In this document: positions 26,919 through 39,565 of the stretch, one piece after another
Numbering within the stretch: position 1 is the stretch's first letter
Layout of the letters: every line of letters starts with the position of its first letter
Assembly: GCA_951406725.2 (NCBI GenBank)
Contig: CATOCA020000001.1
Coordinates: 3,720,001 to 3,784,000, forward strand
From: Octopus vulgaris
Taxonomy: Eukaryota
Direction: 5' to 3'
Length of the DNA: 64,000 nucleotides
Translations under genes and position numbers: made by a program
Notes under the pieces: model-generated
Seen by the model: only the letters and a program-made list of their open reading frames with translations
The model's database searches: none
What the model was told of the DNA's origin: nothing

Positions 26919-27001
26919 GGCTCTTGATATGTTCTCAGCAGGTTTTTTATATTCGTTGAAAGATTTTAAAATCAAACGAAATGCGAAGGATTTGGTCCAG
27001 C
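26919..27001 (-). CDS. SEA-like module copy B, exon 1: GWTKSFAFRLILKSFNEYKKPAENISRA
   Basis: ccatag acceptor, gtgagt donor, 83 nt, phase 1 to 0; paralog of 38360-38442. Confidence 0.72.
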
Positions 27002-27242
27002 CTATGGATTGATATAGAAAATAATTGCTGTATTTATAAATGAGACACACGTCATAGATGCACATAAAACCCACATACGTAGATAAAAATATACATTCAT
27101 AATCACATATACACTTAAAAATACTATAAATAAATATATATATATATATACGAATATACAGACTCACATTAATACATCTGCATCTACACGTATAAACACA
27201 TATATAAATGCATGTTTGTACACATACACAGTTCCATGTACT

Positions 27243-27275
<33 letters not shown>

Positions 27276-27299
27276 ATATATATATATGTATATATATGA

Positions 27300-27960
27300 A
27301 CAATTTCAGTTAGAATGGTCGATTCTCACAATTTTGATACCATATGACAAAGGCAAGAAATTCTGTCTTCTCTGCAATTCTGAGCTATTTTTCATTATTT
27401 TTTCTAAAAATACTCTAGTAAACACGGTTATAGAACGAGCATACAGATGTAAGCATTGGCAGAAACATACATTTAGTGCATATAAGTAGTCTCTATAATT
27501 ATATATAATTCAAACTTTAATTTCCTTTATATTTAACATTCACTATGGGTATCCCTATTCTTTCTGTTAGCTACTTATGACGTTATATCATATAACGTTT
27601 TTTTAAACAATATTAATAGCGTTCTGTCTATCACTCTACAAATCCATCATTTTTTGCTAAAATGTCTTATTGACAAGTTTCGCTTTTTTCACCTTCCTGA
27701 AGAGAAGATTGCATTGTTTCATTTATTCTTTTGAATAGTAACAGTGGAATTGTCGAAACATGTGTCGAAAGTAAAAATATTTGATTACACCTGCGTTAAA
27801 CTCCATTTATTTATTCATATATTATTCAAAATATTCAACGTAAACACGAAGTTTCTACCTTTATAAACAAGGAGTTACAACATCTTTACTTGAGAGATTT
27901 TTGCTACCCCGGTAACTATTTATTTATTTTTTCCGTGTTAATTGTTAACAAGGTAAAAAT
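27300..27960 (+). mobile_element. 3' end of a Penelope-like element (ORF C-terminus + pseudo-LTR)
   Basis: PYDKGKKFCLLCNSELFFI..VN..CKH* resembles the Cys/His C-terminus of PLE ORFs; followed by a hammerhead motif. Confidence 0.6.
27691..27772 (+). ncRNA. Type I hammerhead ribozyme
   Basis: Stem I ACCTTC/GAAAGT (5 of 6 pairs); CTGAAGA; long imperfect stem II closed by GA/TC; GAAA; CATGTG; GUC site after 27766. Confidence 0.65.
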
Positions 27961-28034
27961 ACACTCATCTATTTATATATATATATATGCAAATCAGCCC
28001 ACATTTGCATACATACGTAACATATATATATATA

Positions 28035-28386
28035 CTAGCAGTATCGCCCGGCGTTGCTCAGGTTTGTAAGGGAAATAACTATAAAGCATTTTTAGAGAGT
28101 TATAGCCAAAAAATAGCAAAAAAATGATGGTAAATTTTTTTTGAGTTAAAAAAGGTTGAGTTGCGTCCCCTAGACAGTCTGTGGTTTGTTTCTGATTCTC
28201 GACCCCATGTCGATTTTAACGATTTTTTTCAGAACTGGGGGAACTGCGTTAGTTTTGAATTATGACATTGGGCTATGTGTGTGTCAAGTTTCATCAGAAT
28301 CGGTTGAAAGCCGTGGTCAGGGTGAGGGTACAAGCAAACAGACACACAGAAACACGCACAGACAAACTGCCGTTTATATATAGAGA
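28035..28386 (-). mobile_element. Non-autonomous Helitron
   Basis: Minus strand begins A|TCTCTATATAT and ends with a GC-rich imperfect hairpin then CTAG|T; AT target site, no TSD. Confidence 0.75.
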
Positions 28387-28924
28387 TATATATATATATA
28401 AGTTTATATTCATATGTACATACATAAGTAAAAAAAATATATATATATATATATATACATACATATATATATATATACATATAAATATACATGTAGAAAC
28501 ATTTATTTGCATCTATGTGCACGTACACGTATCCAATATAGGATTTCATTATAGGGACAGCACTTCTGTGAAACGATCGTAAAAAAGGTTTAAATATTTA
28601 ATTCAAAACTTATAAACTGTCATATACATTATATATTTATACGTATACATATATACATATATTTTTATAAATATTTATATTTATTTATTTATATATTTTT
28701 AATACAACCATTTTTTTTCACACGTGTATATCTTTCTGTGAAGTTTTCTGATATTGAATTCTTAATATTAATAATAACATATTATTTAAAAATATATATA
28801 ATCGCTCGCATTAAATATATAAATACCTTAATAATATTAACACTTTGATACAATAGAGCACTCAATATATATTCAGTATGTAATATTCTCATTGAATATA
28901 TTTGACTAAAGATTCATATATACT

Positions 28925-29345
28925 CTTTACTCTTTTTACTCTTTTATTTGTTTCAGTCATTTGACTGTGGCCATGCTGGAGCACCGCGTTTAGTCGAGCA
29001 AATCGACCCCAGTACTTATTCTTTGTAAGCCTAGTATTTATTCTATCGGTCTCTTTTGCCGAACCGCTAAGTTACAGGGTCGTAAACACACCAGCATCGG
29101 TTGTCAAGCGATGTTGGAGGGGGGATAAAAACAGACACAAACATATACACACATACACACACATAGATATATATACATATACATATATACGACAGGCTTC
29201 TTTCCGTTTCCGTCTACCAAATCCACTCACAAGGCTTTGGTCGGCCTGAGGTTATAGCAGAAGACACTTGCCCAAGGTACCACGCAGTGGGACTGAACCC
29301 GGGACCATATGGTTCGTAAGCAATCTACTTACCACACACCCACTA
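28925..29345 (-). mobile_element. tRNA-derived SINE (second family)
   Basis: gtgtggtaagtag..ggttcagtcccactgcgtgg..cttgggcaagtgtcttct..ctccagcatggcc; same family at ~29730-30012 (+), 35803-36190 (+), ~50930-51350 (+). Confidence 0.8.
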
Positions 29346-29355
29346 CTACCATATA

Positions 29356-29434
<79 letters not shown>

Positions 29435-30049
29435 ATATATATATGCCAACCATGCCCACACATGCAGACATATGTATTAGAATATGATTGTTCCTTTCCA
29501 GCAACACAAAACCATCCAATGGCCATTTTTATGGGTTTCGAAACAAAAAGCCTACAGTTACAAGGAAAATGACAATAATAAAAGCACAGTAAAATAGAAC
29601 GCAAAAGAAATATCTAAAGCGGTTTTTATTAATTTGATTACCCTGTGTACGAGGGATACAATGTGTGCAAGGAAGAGGGATATTAGCGTTTGGAAGGAGA
29701 ATCGCTTTCAATTGAAATTTCAGGAAGAACCTGCGTGGTACCTTGGGCAAGTGTCTTCTACTTAAGCCTCGGACCGACCAAAACCTTGTGAGTGGATTTG
29801 GTAGACGGAAACTGAAAGAAGCCTGTCGTATATATGTATATGTATATATATCTATGTGTGTGTATGTGTGTATATGTTTGTGTGTGTTTTTGCCCCCCCT
29901 CCAACATCACTTGACAACCGATGCTGGTGTGTTTACGACCCTGTAACTTAGCGGTTCGGCAAAAGAGACCGATAGAATAAATACTAGGCTTACAAAGAAT
30001 AAGTACTGGGGCCTTTTCTCTCTCGCGTCGCTTAATTTAGGCTTTTTGG

Positions 30050-30900
30050 ACACAGTTTCTGCACTTTTCACACTAGCAGGCCTTTTCATTAGAATTATAG
30101 CAAGAGAAGTCTGCTTTTACCTGCCTTTTTATTCAGTCTTTAGTAGTTTTTCTGTGCCACGTTGTAAATACTCGGCTAAGCTATTTTTGCATCTCTATAC
30201 GTTCTTCTACTGCTATTAAGCATCTCCCAGTCTGGTCTTTCCTTAATTACAGTTGGTTGATATCTGCTTTCGGATGTTGAGCTCCACATATTTTCAGCAA
30301 CTTATTAGTTTTTGTCAAATTTCTTTTTGATTATTATTTCTCTTTATCAGAGGTTTTGTAGGAGTTCCTTGAGGCTTGCATTGTGGGAGTTCCTGGACAC
30401 TTGCTCATTCTAATGTCGACCCTCCAGTTTGTGGCCAAAGCTTACTCTTGCGCTGCCAATATAGTGTTCTCGGTCTCTTTCTTTAGAATTCCTTTCATCA
30501 GCCAATCCCACCTATTTTTTGTTATATGGAAATTCATTGTGTTCTCCCTTCTTGCGCCATTCTTCTTCATTTCTTTTTGTGTTTCTTCCTTCGGTTTTCC
30601 TGCTTTCAATACTCCCTCATTCCTAACTGTCACTAACAAGGTTTCCTTACTTTGGGTTCGGTATCTCATTAAGCCTTCGAGTTCGAAACGCACGCAGTTT
30701 CCCACACTTATCAGTCCCTTTTCTCCATTCGCTCTCTTCGTGTATCGGCGATCGAGGTCTGCATGTGGATGATGGGCTCCATACATCGTTAGAACCTTTC
30801 TTGACTTCCTGTCCATCTCCTTTAGCTTCTCTGTCCACTTCAGTTTTCCAGCTTTCAAACCAATATTTTGCTCACTCGCCAAAAGTGCTCTCTTTTTCTC
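30050..30900 (-). mobile_element. Degraded R4/Dong LINE fragment
   Basis: KWT..LKEMDRKSRKVLTMYGAHHPHAD..RRY..GEKGL, W.WLMKGILKKETE..ILAAQE; paralogous piece at ~38925-39190. Confidence 0.75.
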
Positions 30901-31943
30901 TTTTCCTTCATGTCGTGGTGTTTGATTCCATCTGTGTGTGTGTGAGTGTTAGAGAGAGAGAGAGGGAGTGTGTGTGTGTGTGTGGGGGGGGGCATTGTAA
31001 GCGATGAATGAAATGAACATGAAATGAAAAAATCGTGTAAATGAAAGGACATAATAAACGGAATAATACAGGTTTCAGACATTGGTACGTGACCAGCAGA
31101 TTTGGTGTAGGGGTTAAGTTGATTACATTGACCCAGAGCTCAACTTGCGCTTATTTTATCGACACAGAAATTATGAAAAGCAAAGTCAATCTTGGCGGAA
31201 TTTGAACTTAGAACGTAAAGACAGACGAAGTACTGCAAAGCATTTCTCCCGCTCTGCTAACGATTCTGCCAGCTTACCGCCTAATTTAAGGATTAATAGT
31301 GATAAGTTTTCATAATGGTCTAATGAGAAATTGAAATCATCACATCACTAAATGCATATGAAAATCTATTCAATTTGACAGTGCCATAATAACATTTGAG
31401 AGAAGTAAATTGCTTATATTCTATGACAAACAGATATGTAGGGTATGTCATTGAATATTTGAAGATTCTACAACCACCGCTCCAACGTAATGTATGCAAA
31501 GAGGTATGTACCAGTAATATCCCTGTTGTTTTTCTGCTTCTCTCTCTACTCAGCCTGTCTGCAGAATGTTTACGAAAACGTGCTTTTAACGATATTACAA
31601 TAATGAACTCAACTCTCCAAAGTAATAAATTCTTTCATAACGTTTCCATAAATGAGTCAAATGATTTGCCGTTGAACGAGATGGACACATTCCTGGAGGA
31701 CTCAAACGGGAGAATAGGTTGCATTACCTTTTGAAAAATCATTGTAATTACAACACACACACACACACAGGACAGTCATAATGGAACAGACATAGAAAGA
31801 CATACACATACACACTCACCACCCCCACCCCCACCAGAGTGGTCGTATTTAAACAGACAGAAAGTCACTCACAAAAATTACTTCTTCTCATCCTGCTACT
31901 TCTACTACTGTAAAAGTCATTTAAAAATAATTTGCTCGCTCAC

Positions 31944-32086
31944 CATCATCAATGCCTTTGCTCTGTTCTGCATTGTAACATTGAGACATGTCTGCTTCTT
32001 GCCAGATACCAGTAAACGGTGAACACTTTTGTGATGACAGGTTTTGACTTGATGCCATTTCTGGATGCCCCATCGTTCTGGAAGAA
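31944..32086 (-). CDS. HRM domain exon 2: CSSRTMGHPEMASSQNLSSQKCSPFTGIWQEADMSQCYNAEQSKGIDD
   Basis: tttttttcag acceptor, gtgagc donor, 143 nt, phase 2 to 1; G.W...D.S.C HRM signature. Confidence 0.88.
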
Positions 32087-33447
32087 CTGAAAAAATAAAT
32101 GTTAAATATTGTCAGTTGAGTTTATTCATTCTGAGGAGAATTTCATCAATCTCAGAGGAATATAAGAAACCTTCGAACTGGTCGTGATTCGAACTCATAA
32201 TTTAGTGAAAGAAGGATAAATGGTGTCTTGCATTTGGGGGAGAAATCTATTATTTACTCCTGACCCCTATCCTCAAAACTAATGTCAAATATTTTCTAAC
32301 TAGAGTTCAGATATAAAAACAATATTCCTGCATCTGTTTTTATTTACAATAATTTCTTGTTTTTATGATTATTCAATACAAGATTAGTTGGAACGGTGTA
32401 GGTGATGCAGAATTAAGGAGCCAAGTTGTTAGTTCAAGTTGAATGGGGGAATTAGTTGCTAATATTTCGCCACCATAGACATCAGTAGCAACAGCGGCAG
32501 CAATGGATTTATGTATATTTTCCTACATATGCACAGATTTGAGTGATTCCACCAGTTGGTCTTGTCTTAAAACTAATAAAGCTCAGCCTCTGGGAGGAAC
32601 AATTTAGATGCTTAACCTGTGGAATGACGTGGTAGAAATGAGAGAAGAGAGACCGTGTTACATAGTCTGTGATGAGTGAAATCCCAGGATGACCATCATG
32701 TACTAGCAAGATATATAGCTCTACAGTAATCATAAAATTGAATAAATAGTATTAGCCTGAATCCAACAGAATCACTGATAGATTATATTGGCTGTATCTA
32801 GGTATGTACTTTCTTTGCTACAATTATTTTGTGAAATTCTGGAACTTACAAGAATCTTTAAATCTTTGAATAATGCTGAATTCAAATTTTGGTAGCTATT
32901 TTGGGCGGGGGTAGTTCGATTACATAGACCCCAGTGGTACTTATTTTATCGATCCCGTAAGGGTAAAAGACAAAGTCGACCCTGGTGGCATTTGATCTCA
33001 GAATGTAAAGTCAGAAGAAATGCTGCTAAGCATTTTGTCCGGCATGGAAACGATTCCGCTAGGTCAGCACCATAAAGCCTTGTCTAATATTGGTTTCAAA
33101 TTTTGGCACAAGGCCAGCAATTTCAGGGAAGGGATAAGTCACTTACATCAACCCCAGTGCTCAATTGGTATTTATTTCATCGACCCGAAACATAAAAACG
33201 AATGAAATGAAAGCTTTGTATAATATTGGCGACAAAGCAAACCTAGATAGTTAGGACAAGGCTAAATTATATCAAATAATGTATACAATGTAAAAATGCT
33301 GGGACAAGAGATTGCAACCGATGGACGTTTAATTCTATCTTGTTAATCTATAAAGCTGTTATCTGCTCTACCAAGTAACATTCTCTCACAATAGGATGGC
33401 GCTGAAAGCTTCAAACTTTGAGTAGAAATAAATCAATACAAACGAAC

Positions 33448-33562
33448 CAATGCCTGGTGGCTACATTTCCATGACATGGGATCTCCGCAGTAGTTCCTAT
33501 TTTTGTCATTGGCCAAGAGAAAGCTCGATTGTTAGTTGATGTTGTGCTTTCATCACAAACCA
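33448..33562 (-). CDS. HRM domain exon 1: MVCDESTTSTNNRAFSWPMTKIGTTAEIPCHGNVATRH(C)
   Basis: cttctttttcag acceptor, gttcgt donor, 115 nt, phase 1 to 2; C..WP.T..G....PC...ATR.C hormone-receptor motif of adhesion/secretin GPCRs. Confidence 0.9.
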
Positions 33563-33591
33563 CTGAAAAAGAAGCAAAATATGGACATGAA

Positions 33592-33644
<53 letters not shown>

Positions 33645-34993
33645 CAGAGCAGCACAGCAGCAGTTAATGTTGGAAATAAATTGTTTGGACCACCTGCTGG
33701 CTGATTTGAGGACAATGATACACGAAGTGTTGCAAACATACACGGAGAGCATATATATTTATTCAAAATAGACAGATTTCTAGTTTTTCATTTAGTAGTT
33801 TGTAAAGAGATAAATGATTTAGAAATGAATTACAATCCCTTACAACACAAGGACCCCCACCCCAACCAGGCTCCATGCAATTCTTGGAAGTGTAGTCTAT
33901 TCTTAACTAAAATGGCGACAATATGATTTTCTCCATATTCTTGCTCTGTTCAAATATTTGAGAAAAATTACATTAAAGTGTCCTACTTATTAAAATTCTA
34001 ATTCATTATTTATGCAGCTGAAGATGGCATTGCATTTAAATTGATGTAATTTTTGTATTGTTCAATTAAATTTAGCCGATTGAAACTGCATAACTACTTG
34101 AGATCCTGTAGATTATATATATATATATATTCTTATATATATTTTTTCTTATATATTCTTAAAAAACAATAAATAAAATAGAAATAGAGGTGTGTGCATA
34201 TGTATATATATATATTTTATATTTTCTCGAGCAATATATAACTGGTTACGGGATATGACTACTCAGAATGCTAGTCTGTTTCGCGGCCTCTAGTGTTGAA
34301 TTTCGTCAATATATTGATCACTCTTTAGACATACTGACCGGAAGCGCAAAACCTAATGTACGCTAGAAATGGGTAGATGTTATATTGATTTGGCGATGGT
34401 AAAATGAAATGAATGGAAACGAAGTGAAAATATATCCTTTTCCGGCAATGGGATATGATTTGTTCCTCTCTTATATCTCTTAGACACTGTTTAAATCGTA
34501 TGAGCTGTGTGTGTGTATCTATCGATCCTAATGTAAAAATTAACTTGATCACTTCGTACGAAATGAATTTTCGCTGAGGAAAATTATTTGCAGCACTAAA
34601 TAGTTTTCCTGTTTGAATTAAAGCAAGTACTGGAATTGTTTGAATTTTTCTGCCCATTAGAGTCTGCATCTTCTACTTCTATACAAAATTAGAAGAAAAC
34701 ATTTTTGCCCTCGGTTAATTGGTATAATTAAAAAGAAACTGAGCAAAGACAAACAGTTCCGTAGGGACAAGAAACGGAAAAGCGCAAAATAAAATGCTTT
34801 TTTTGAAATTATCCAAGCGTTGAGAAAATGTAAATAAATAGTTGTGTGTGAGAGAGAGAGAGAGGGAGAGAGTCTGTGTGCTTGGTATCATCTACTGTGG
34901 TTGATGATGACGACAACGACTAAGAGGTTGGTGATTGATGAAGCTAATTATGACGGTAATGATGATAAAATTAATAAGAAACACGATACTTAC

Positions 34994-35148
34994 TTTCATC
35001 AATGAATTTCATGTGGCTTTTCTTAACTCCTAAGTTAAGAAATTCCTGGGATTTGTTCAAAGTTTCGGAGATATTGTGCCGCAGTTGACTTTCAGTCATT
35101 TCGCTAAATACTGTACAGTAAATAGCAAATATTTTATTTCTGTTTGAG
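34994..35148 (-). CDS. SEA-like module copy A, exon 3: SNRNKIFAIYCTVFSEMTESQLRHNISETLNKSQEFLNLGVKKSHMKFIDE
   Basis: ttttatttcag acceptor, gtaagt donor, 155 nt, phase 2 to 1. Confidence 0.82.
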
Positions 35149-35230
35149 CTGAAATAAAAAATAAATACATACATGTATGTCGGTATGTATGTATGTATGT
35201 AGCTAGCTAGCTAGCTAGAAATATACATAC

Positions 35231-35287
<57 letters not shown>

Positions 35288-35802
35288 TCGTTTAAAAGCT
35301 GCCCTGTTAATCCTTGGGTCCAACAATGACACCATGCATTGAGTACATATTAAATTTCATGAAACATGAATATTTCTCAAGCAATGAACAATTTTCATCA
35401 AAGCAATGATATAATTTGTCGACTCGGAACTTATTGCAAAGCTTCATGATAAACAACAGTACCACCACCATCGCCACCATATCTGCAATACACACGCCAT
35501 CCAGACTTCTGACGCCATCACCATCAATACTTTTCATCACTTTCCCTCCACCACCATCACCACTGTCTTTCACATCGCTTTCTATCACTATATTCAAACA
35601 TAGCTCAGGATTGGATCATCATAGCTAAAATAACCGCATTCAGTATGGTTGAGAACAGAATTAGTGAAGAAGGCTCGAACTACAAGCGGGTGACTAAAAG
35701 TTGGTCTTAAGAATATATTCGTCCACTAAGAAATCCACATGAAGGCCTTCACTCCCTGCATAAATCTTTGAATACACTTTATATATGTATTTATACATAT
35801 AC

Positions 35803-36190
35803 AGGAGTGGCTGTGTGGTAAGTAGCTTGCTAACCAACCACATGGTTCCGGGTTCAGTCGCACTGCGTGGCATCTTGGGCTAGTGTCTTCTGCTATAGCT
35901 CCGGGCCGACCAATGCCTTGTGAGTGGATTTGTTAGACGGAAACTGAAAGAAGCCTGTCGTATATATGTATATATATGTGTGTGTGTGTATGTGTGTGTG
36001 TTTGTGTGTCTGTGTTTGTCTCCCAAGCATTGCTGGTGTGTTTACTCCCCGTCACTTAGCGGTTCGGCAAAAGAGACCGATAGAATAAGTACTGGGCTTA
36101 CAAAGAATAAGTCCCGGGGTCGATTTGCTCGATTAAAGGTGGTGCTCCAGCATGGCCGCAGTCAAATGACTGAAACAAGTAAAAGAGAGA
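35803..36190 (+). mobile_element. Full-length SINE copy
   Basis: ggagtggctgtgtggtaagtagcttg..ggttccgggttcagtc..catggccgcagtcaaatgactgaaacaagtaaaaga; absent from the paralogous intron near 20620. Confidence 0.85.
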
Positions 36191-36204
36191 AAAAAGTGAG
36201 AGAG

Positions 36205-36261
<57 letters not shown>

Positions 36262-36986
36262 CCTGGTTGGTTTTAAAATGTGTGTTAGCTACCTTCAATA
36301 TTTTATAATCTTCACATTGCCATTTTGTGAAATCAATCCCTAATTCCTATGGCATTCTCAATGATACTGAGAGGCGTGAGTTAGCCTCCACCAGCCGTAA
36401 TGGAGTGAGCATTGCTGATGAGTATTAACTTCCTATAAGAAATTACCATGCTAATCTAATCCATCTGGCTTACCGTGGGGAATGTTCTCCCCACTGTCAA
36501 TGCAAACAGACCATATGTCTTTTTGTGGCTAAGGAGTCTATGACTAATATTTCTAATAATGCTGGTGCTCACTGCACTCTTTTCACACTTAGTGACTGTG
36601 AATTATTTCCTTGTTGGTTTCAAATTGCCGATAGCCACCACAATTTATATATATACACACCCATATATGTGTGTGTATATATATGTGTGTATATATATAT
36701 GTGTGATGTATATGTATGATATATATATATATATATATATACAGCAATTTAATAAATAAAACATATGCATACATACATACATATATGTACATACCTACAT
36801 CTATACGTATATATACATATATATATGAGTACAGGACACCACAAAAAAGCGTAGAACACAACGAGAAACGAAAACATAAATCAAACAAGGAAACGGACTC
36901 TTTTCAACAACGAAAAACAGAGTACAAGACAAACAATACAAGGAAAATTCCCTTCTTCAGCTGGCCTGTTTCGACTTAATATATAT

Positions 36987-37058
<72 letters not shown>

Positions 37059-37271
37059 TTCTCTCTGTATCTTTATATGGGTTTGTTAGTCCTTTGTATA
37101 ATAAAACATGGATAAAACACTTAAACATTTCATTGAATGTATGAATTAGTATATTCTGGGTCACAAGTACAACACTGTTGATTATTGTGACGTATAATAC
37201 ATGCGATAAAATCGAATGTTTGGAACAAAAGCAAATAAATTTGAATAAATGTGTTAGAAGCATTTGCTTAC

Positions 37272-37324
37272 CCACAGTCTTCAACTCTAAATGTTCCCGT
37301 CACGGTTGAAAGGTCATGCTCAAT
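37272..37324 (-). CDS. SEA-like module copy A, exon 2: IEHDLSTVTGTFRVEDCG
   Basis: ctttttcag acceptor, gtaagc donor, 53 nt, phase 0 to 2. Confidence 0.82.
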
Positions 37325-37346
37325 CTGAAAAAGCCGGATGTATATA

Positions 37347-37377
<31 letters not shown>

Positions 37378-37909
37378 CATTAAATTCAAGAAACAAAGCT
37401 TGATTTAAAAGCGTTGAGATGTATTGAAAAATAAAGAAATAATTTTATTCTGAAACGCAGGATAATGCTAATGATATAACGTGAACCGCATGAAATATCC
37501 ATAATTTGCAGATAAATCTGTCGTCAGCCAGCTATGTGACTACACCTCACACCCCTGTGATTACGCTTCAAGTGCTTTACCATTAAGCTAAACTGCGCGA
37601 ACGACAAATACTTCTGCAAAGTTAGGCTATATACATCTAGCTTTATAAGACGCGTAATCTGGCCGCCGACAGAGTTTTCGGCAACAGGTGAATACTTTAT
37701 CCTGTTCATGCTATACTATTAGCATTATCCTGCGTTTGAGAATATAATTATGTATAAATATATTAGCTTGACACTCGGTAAAGTGGGGGAAATGAGAGGG
37801 TTTTTAATGTTCCGAGCATATCTCTTTTTCAGAAAGGAAAACGAAAATGTTGAGAAGAAAAATATTACCAAAAGGAAGTGTGTGATTACATATGTTCTTA
37901 TGTGTGTGT

Positions 37910-37956
<47 letters not shown>

Positions 37957-38359
37957 TGTGTCTGTGTCTGTGTGTGTCTGTGTGTAAACACAAGATTAGT
38001 GAATATTTGAGTAGGATTTTATTTACTGTCAGAATCGGAAATTATATCACGGAATATATAAAGACAAAATAGTGGATAGAACAGTCTTTTTATTGACCAG
38101 CAAAAATTCAGTAAGTTAAAAAAGAAAGTTTTATGTAATAGTTTACTATCAGTAAATGGAGTTGATTGTCTGAATTTCATGAAACCTCACTATTTATTTG
38201 ACGTTTCACATTTCTTCTATAAAATATGCATGTGTGTGTGTGTGTGTGTGCGTGAGAGTGTGTATGTGTATGCATGTGTGCGCATGTTCAGTGCATATGT
38301 GTGCGCGCACGCGCGTCTGTGTACGGAGAAAGAGAGAGAGAGGGCAGATATCTACTCAC

Positions 38360-38442
38360 GGCTCTTGATATGTTCTCAGCGGGGATTTTATATTCGTTGA
38401 ACTTTTTAAAAATCAAACGAAATACGAGGGATTTGGTCCAGC
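38360..38442 (-). CDS. SEA-like module copy A, exon 1: GWTKSLVFRLIFKKFNEYKIPAENISRA
   Basis: ccatag acceptor, gtgagt donor, 83 nt, phase 1 to 0. Confidence 0.82.
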
Positions 38443-38851
38443 CTATGGATTGATATAGAAAATAATCGCTGCGTTTATAAATGAGACACACGTCATAGAT
38501 GCACATAAAACCCACATACGTAGATAAAAATATACATTCATAATCACATATACACTTAAAATATATATATATATATATATATATATTATTCTTATTCTAC
38601 CTATTATATACGTTTTTATTATTATTATTATTTGCAATTTACTTAAGCATTGACATTTAATTGTTATTTATTTTTTATATTTCTATTATATGTAATTTTC
38701 TAGATGGTGTAATTTAATTGTTCATTTTGAATTGATAAAAGTGTTTTTTTTTATTTTAATTTTTTATATATATCTTATATTGTGTGAAATTTGATTTAGT
38801 ATTTCTAAATTTAATTTTTCCCTTGTAAGTTTGGATTTTATTCACTCAAAT

Positions 38852-38905
<54 letters not shown>

Positions 38906-39381
38906 TTATCATTCCCTTTCTTCCTGTCGCTCTCTTCGTGTATCGGCTATCAATGCCTGCACATGGATGATTGGTTCCATACATCGATAGGACCTTTCTT
39001 GACTTCCTGTCCAACTCCTTTAGCTTCTCCTCTGTCCACTTCAGTTTTCCAGCGTCATTCCGAACTACTGCGACTGCGTGCGAGTTTATCGCCGAAATTA
39101 TGTTCCAGGCATTCAGCTTTCAAACCAATATTTTGATCACTCGCCAAAAGTGCTCTCTTTTATTCTTTTCCTTCATGTCGTGGTGTTTGATTCCATCTGT
39201 GAGTGTGTGTGTGTGTTAGAGAGAGAGAGAGGGGGAGAGGGAGAGAGGGAGAGAGAGCATTGCAAATAGTATACACACATCAAAATATTTTCCCGTATAT
39301 TAATTACTATAAAATGTTCTTATTAACTATCAATTTGTAATAAACTTGTTGGTGTTATATTAGACAATAAATAACACTTAC

Positions 39382-39565
39382 CAATGAAATCATTCTTGTT
39401 ACATAAGTGTCCGACGCAACAACCAGTACAAGACGTGCCATTCGTCCGTTTATTGCATGTAAGGGTATTGTTTCTCATAGCTTCAACACATTTTCTGTAT
39501 GTGCTGCAGGACCTTTCAGTCTTCAGTTTAGCACCGTTCATTGATATTGCGAATCGGCATACAGG
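39382..39565 (-). CDS. Ly6/uPAR (three-finger) domain exon 2: PVCRFAISMNGAKLKTERSCSTYRKCVEAMRNNTLTCNKRTNGTSCTGCCVGHLCNKNDFI
   Basis: tattattacag acceptor, gtaagt donor, 184 nt, phase 0 to 1; CCxxxLCN LU signature. Confidence 0.9.

Noticed and set aside
28570-28590. GAAA-CGATCG-TA hammerhead 3' half
   Set aside because: No upstream CTGANGA core; truncated.
34010-34093. Hammerhead-like motif (TTATGCAG/CTGCATAA, CTGAAGA, GGC/GCC)
   Set aside because: The GAAA-stem III-UH segment is scrambled; likely a decayed copy, not called functional.
36262-36345. Exon-like stretch ending cag|gtaatt on the minus strand
   Set aside because: Not needed for frame continuity, no domain resemblance, and it lies in repeat-derived sequence.
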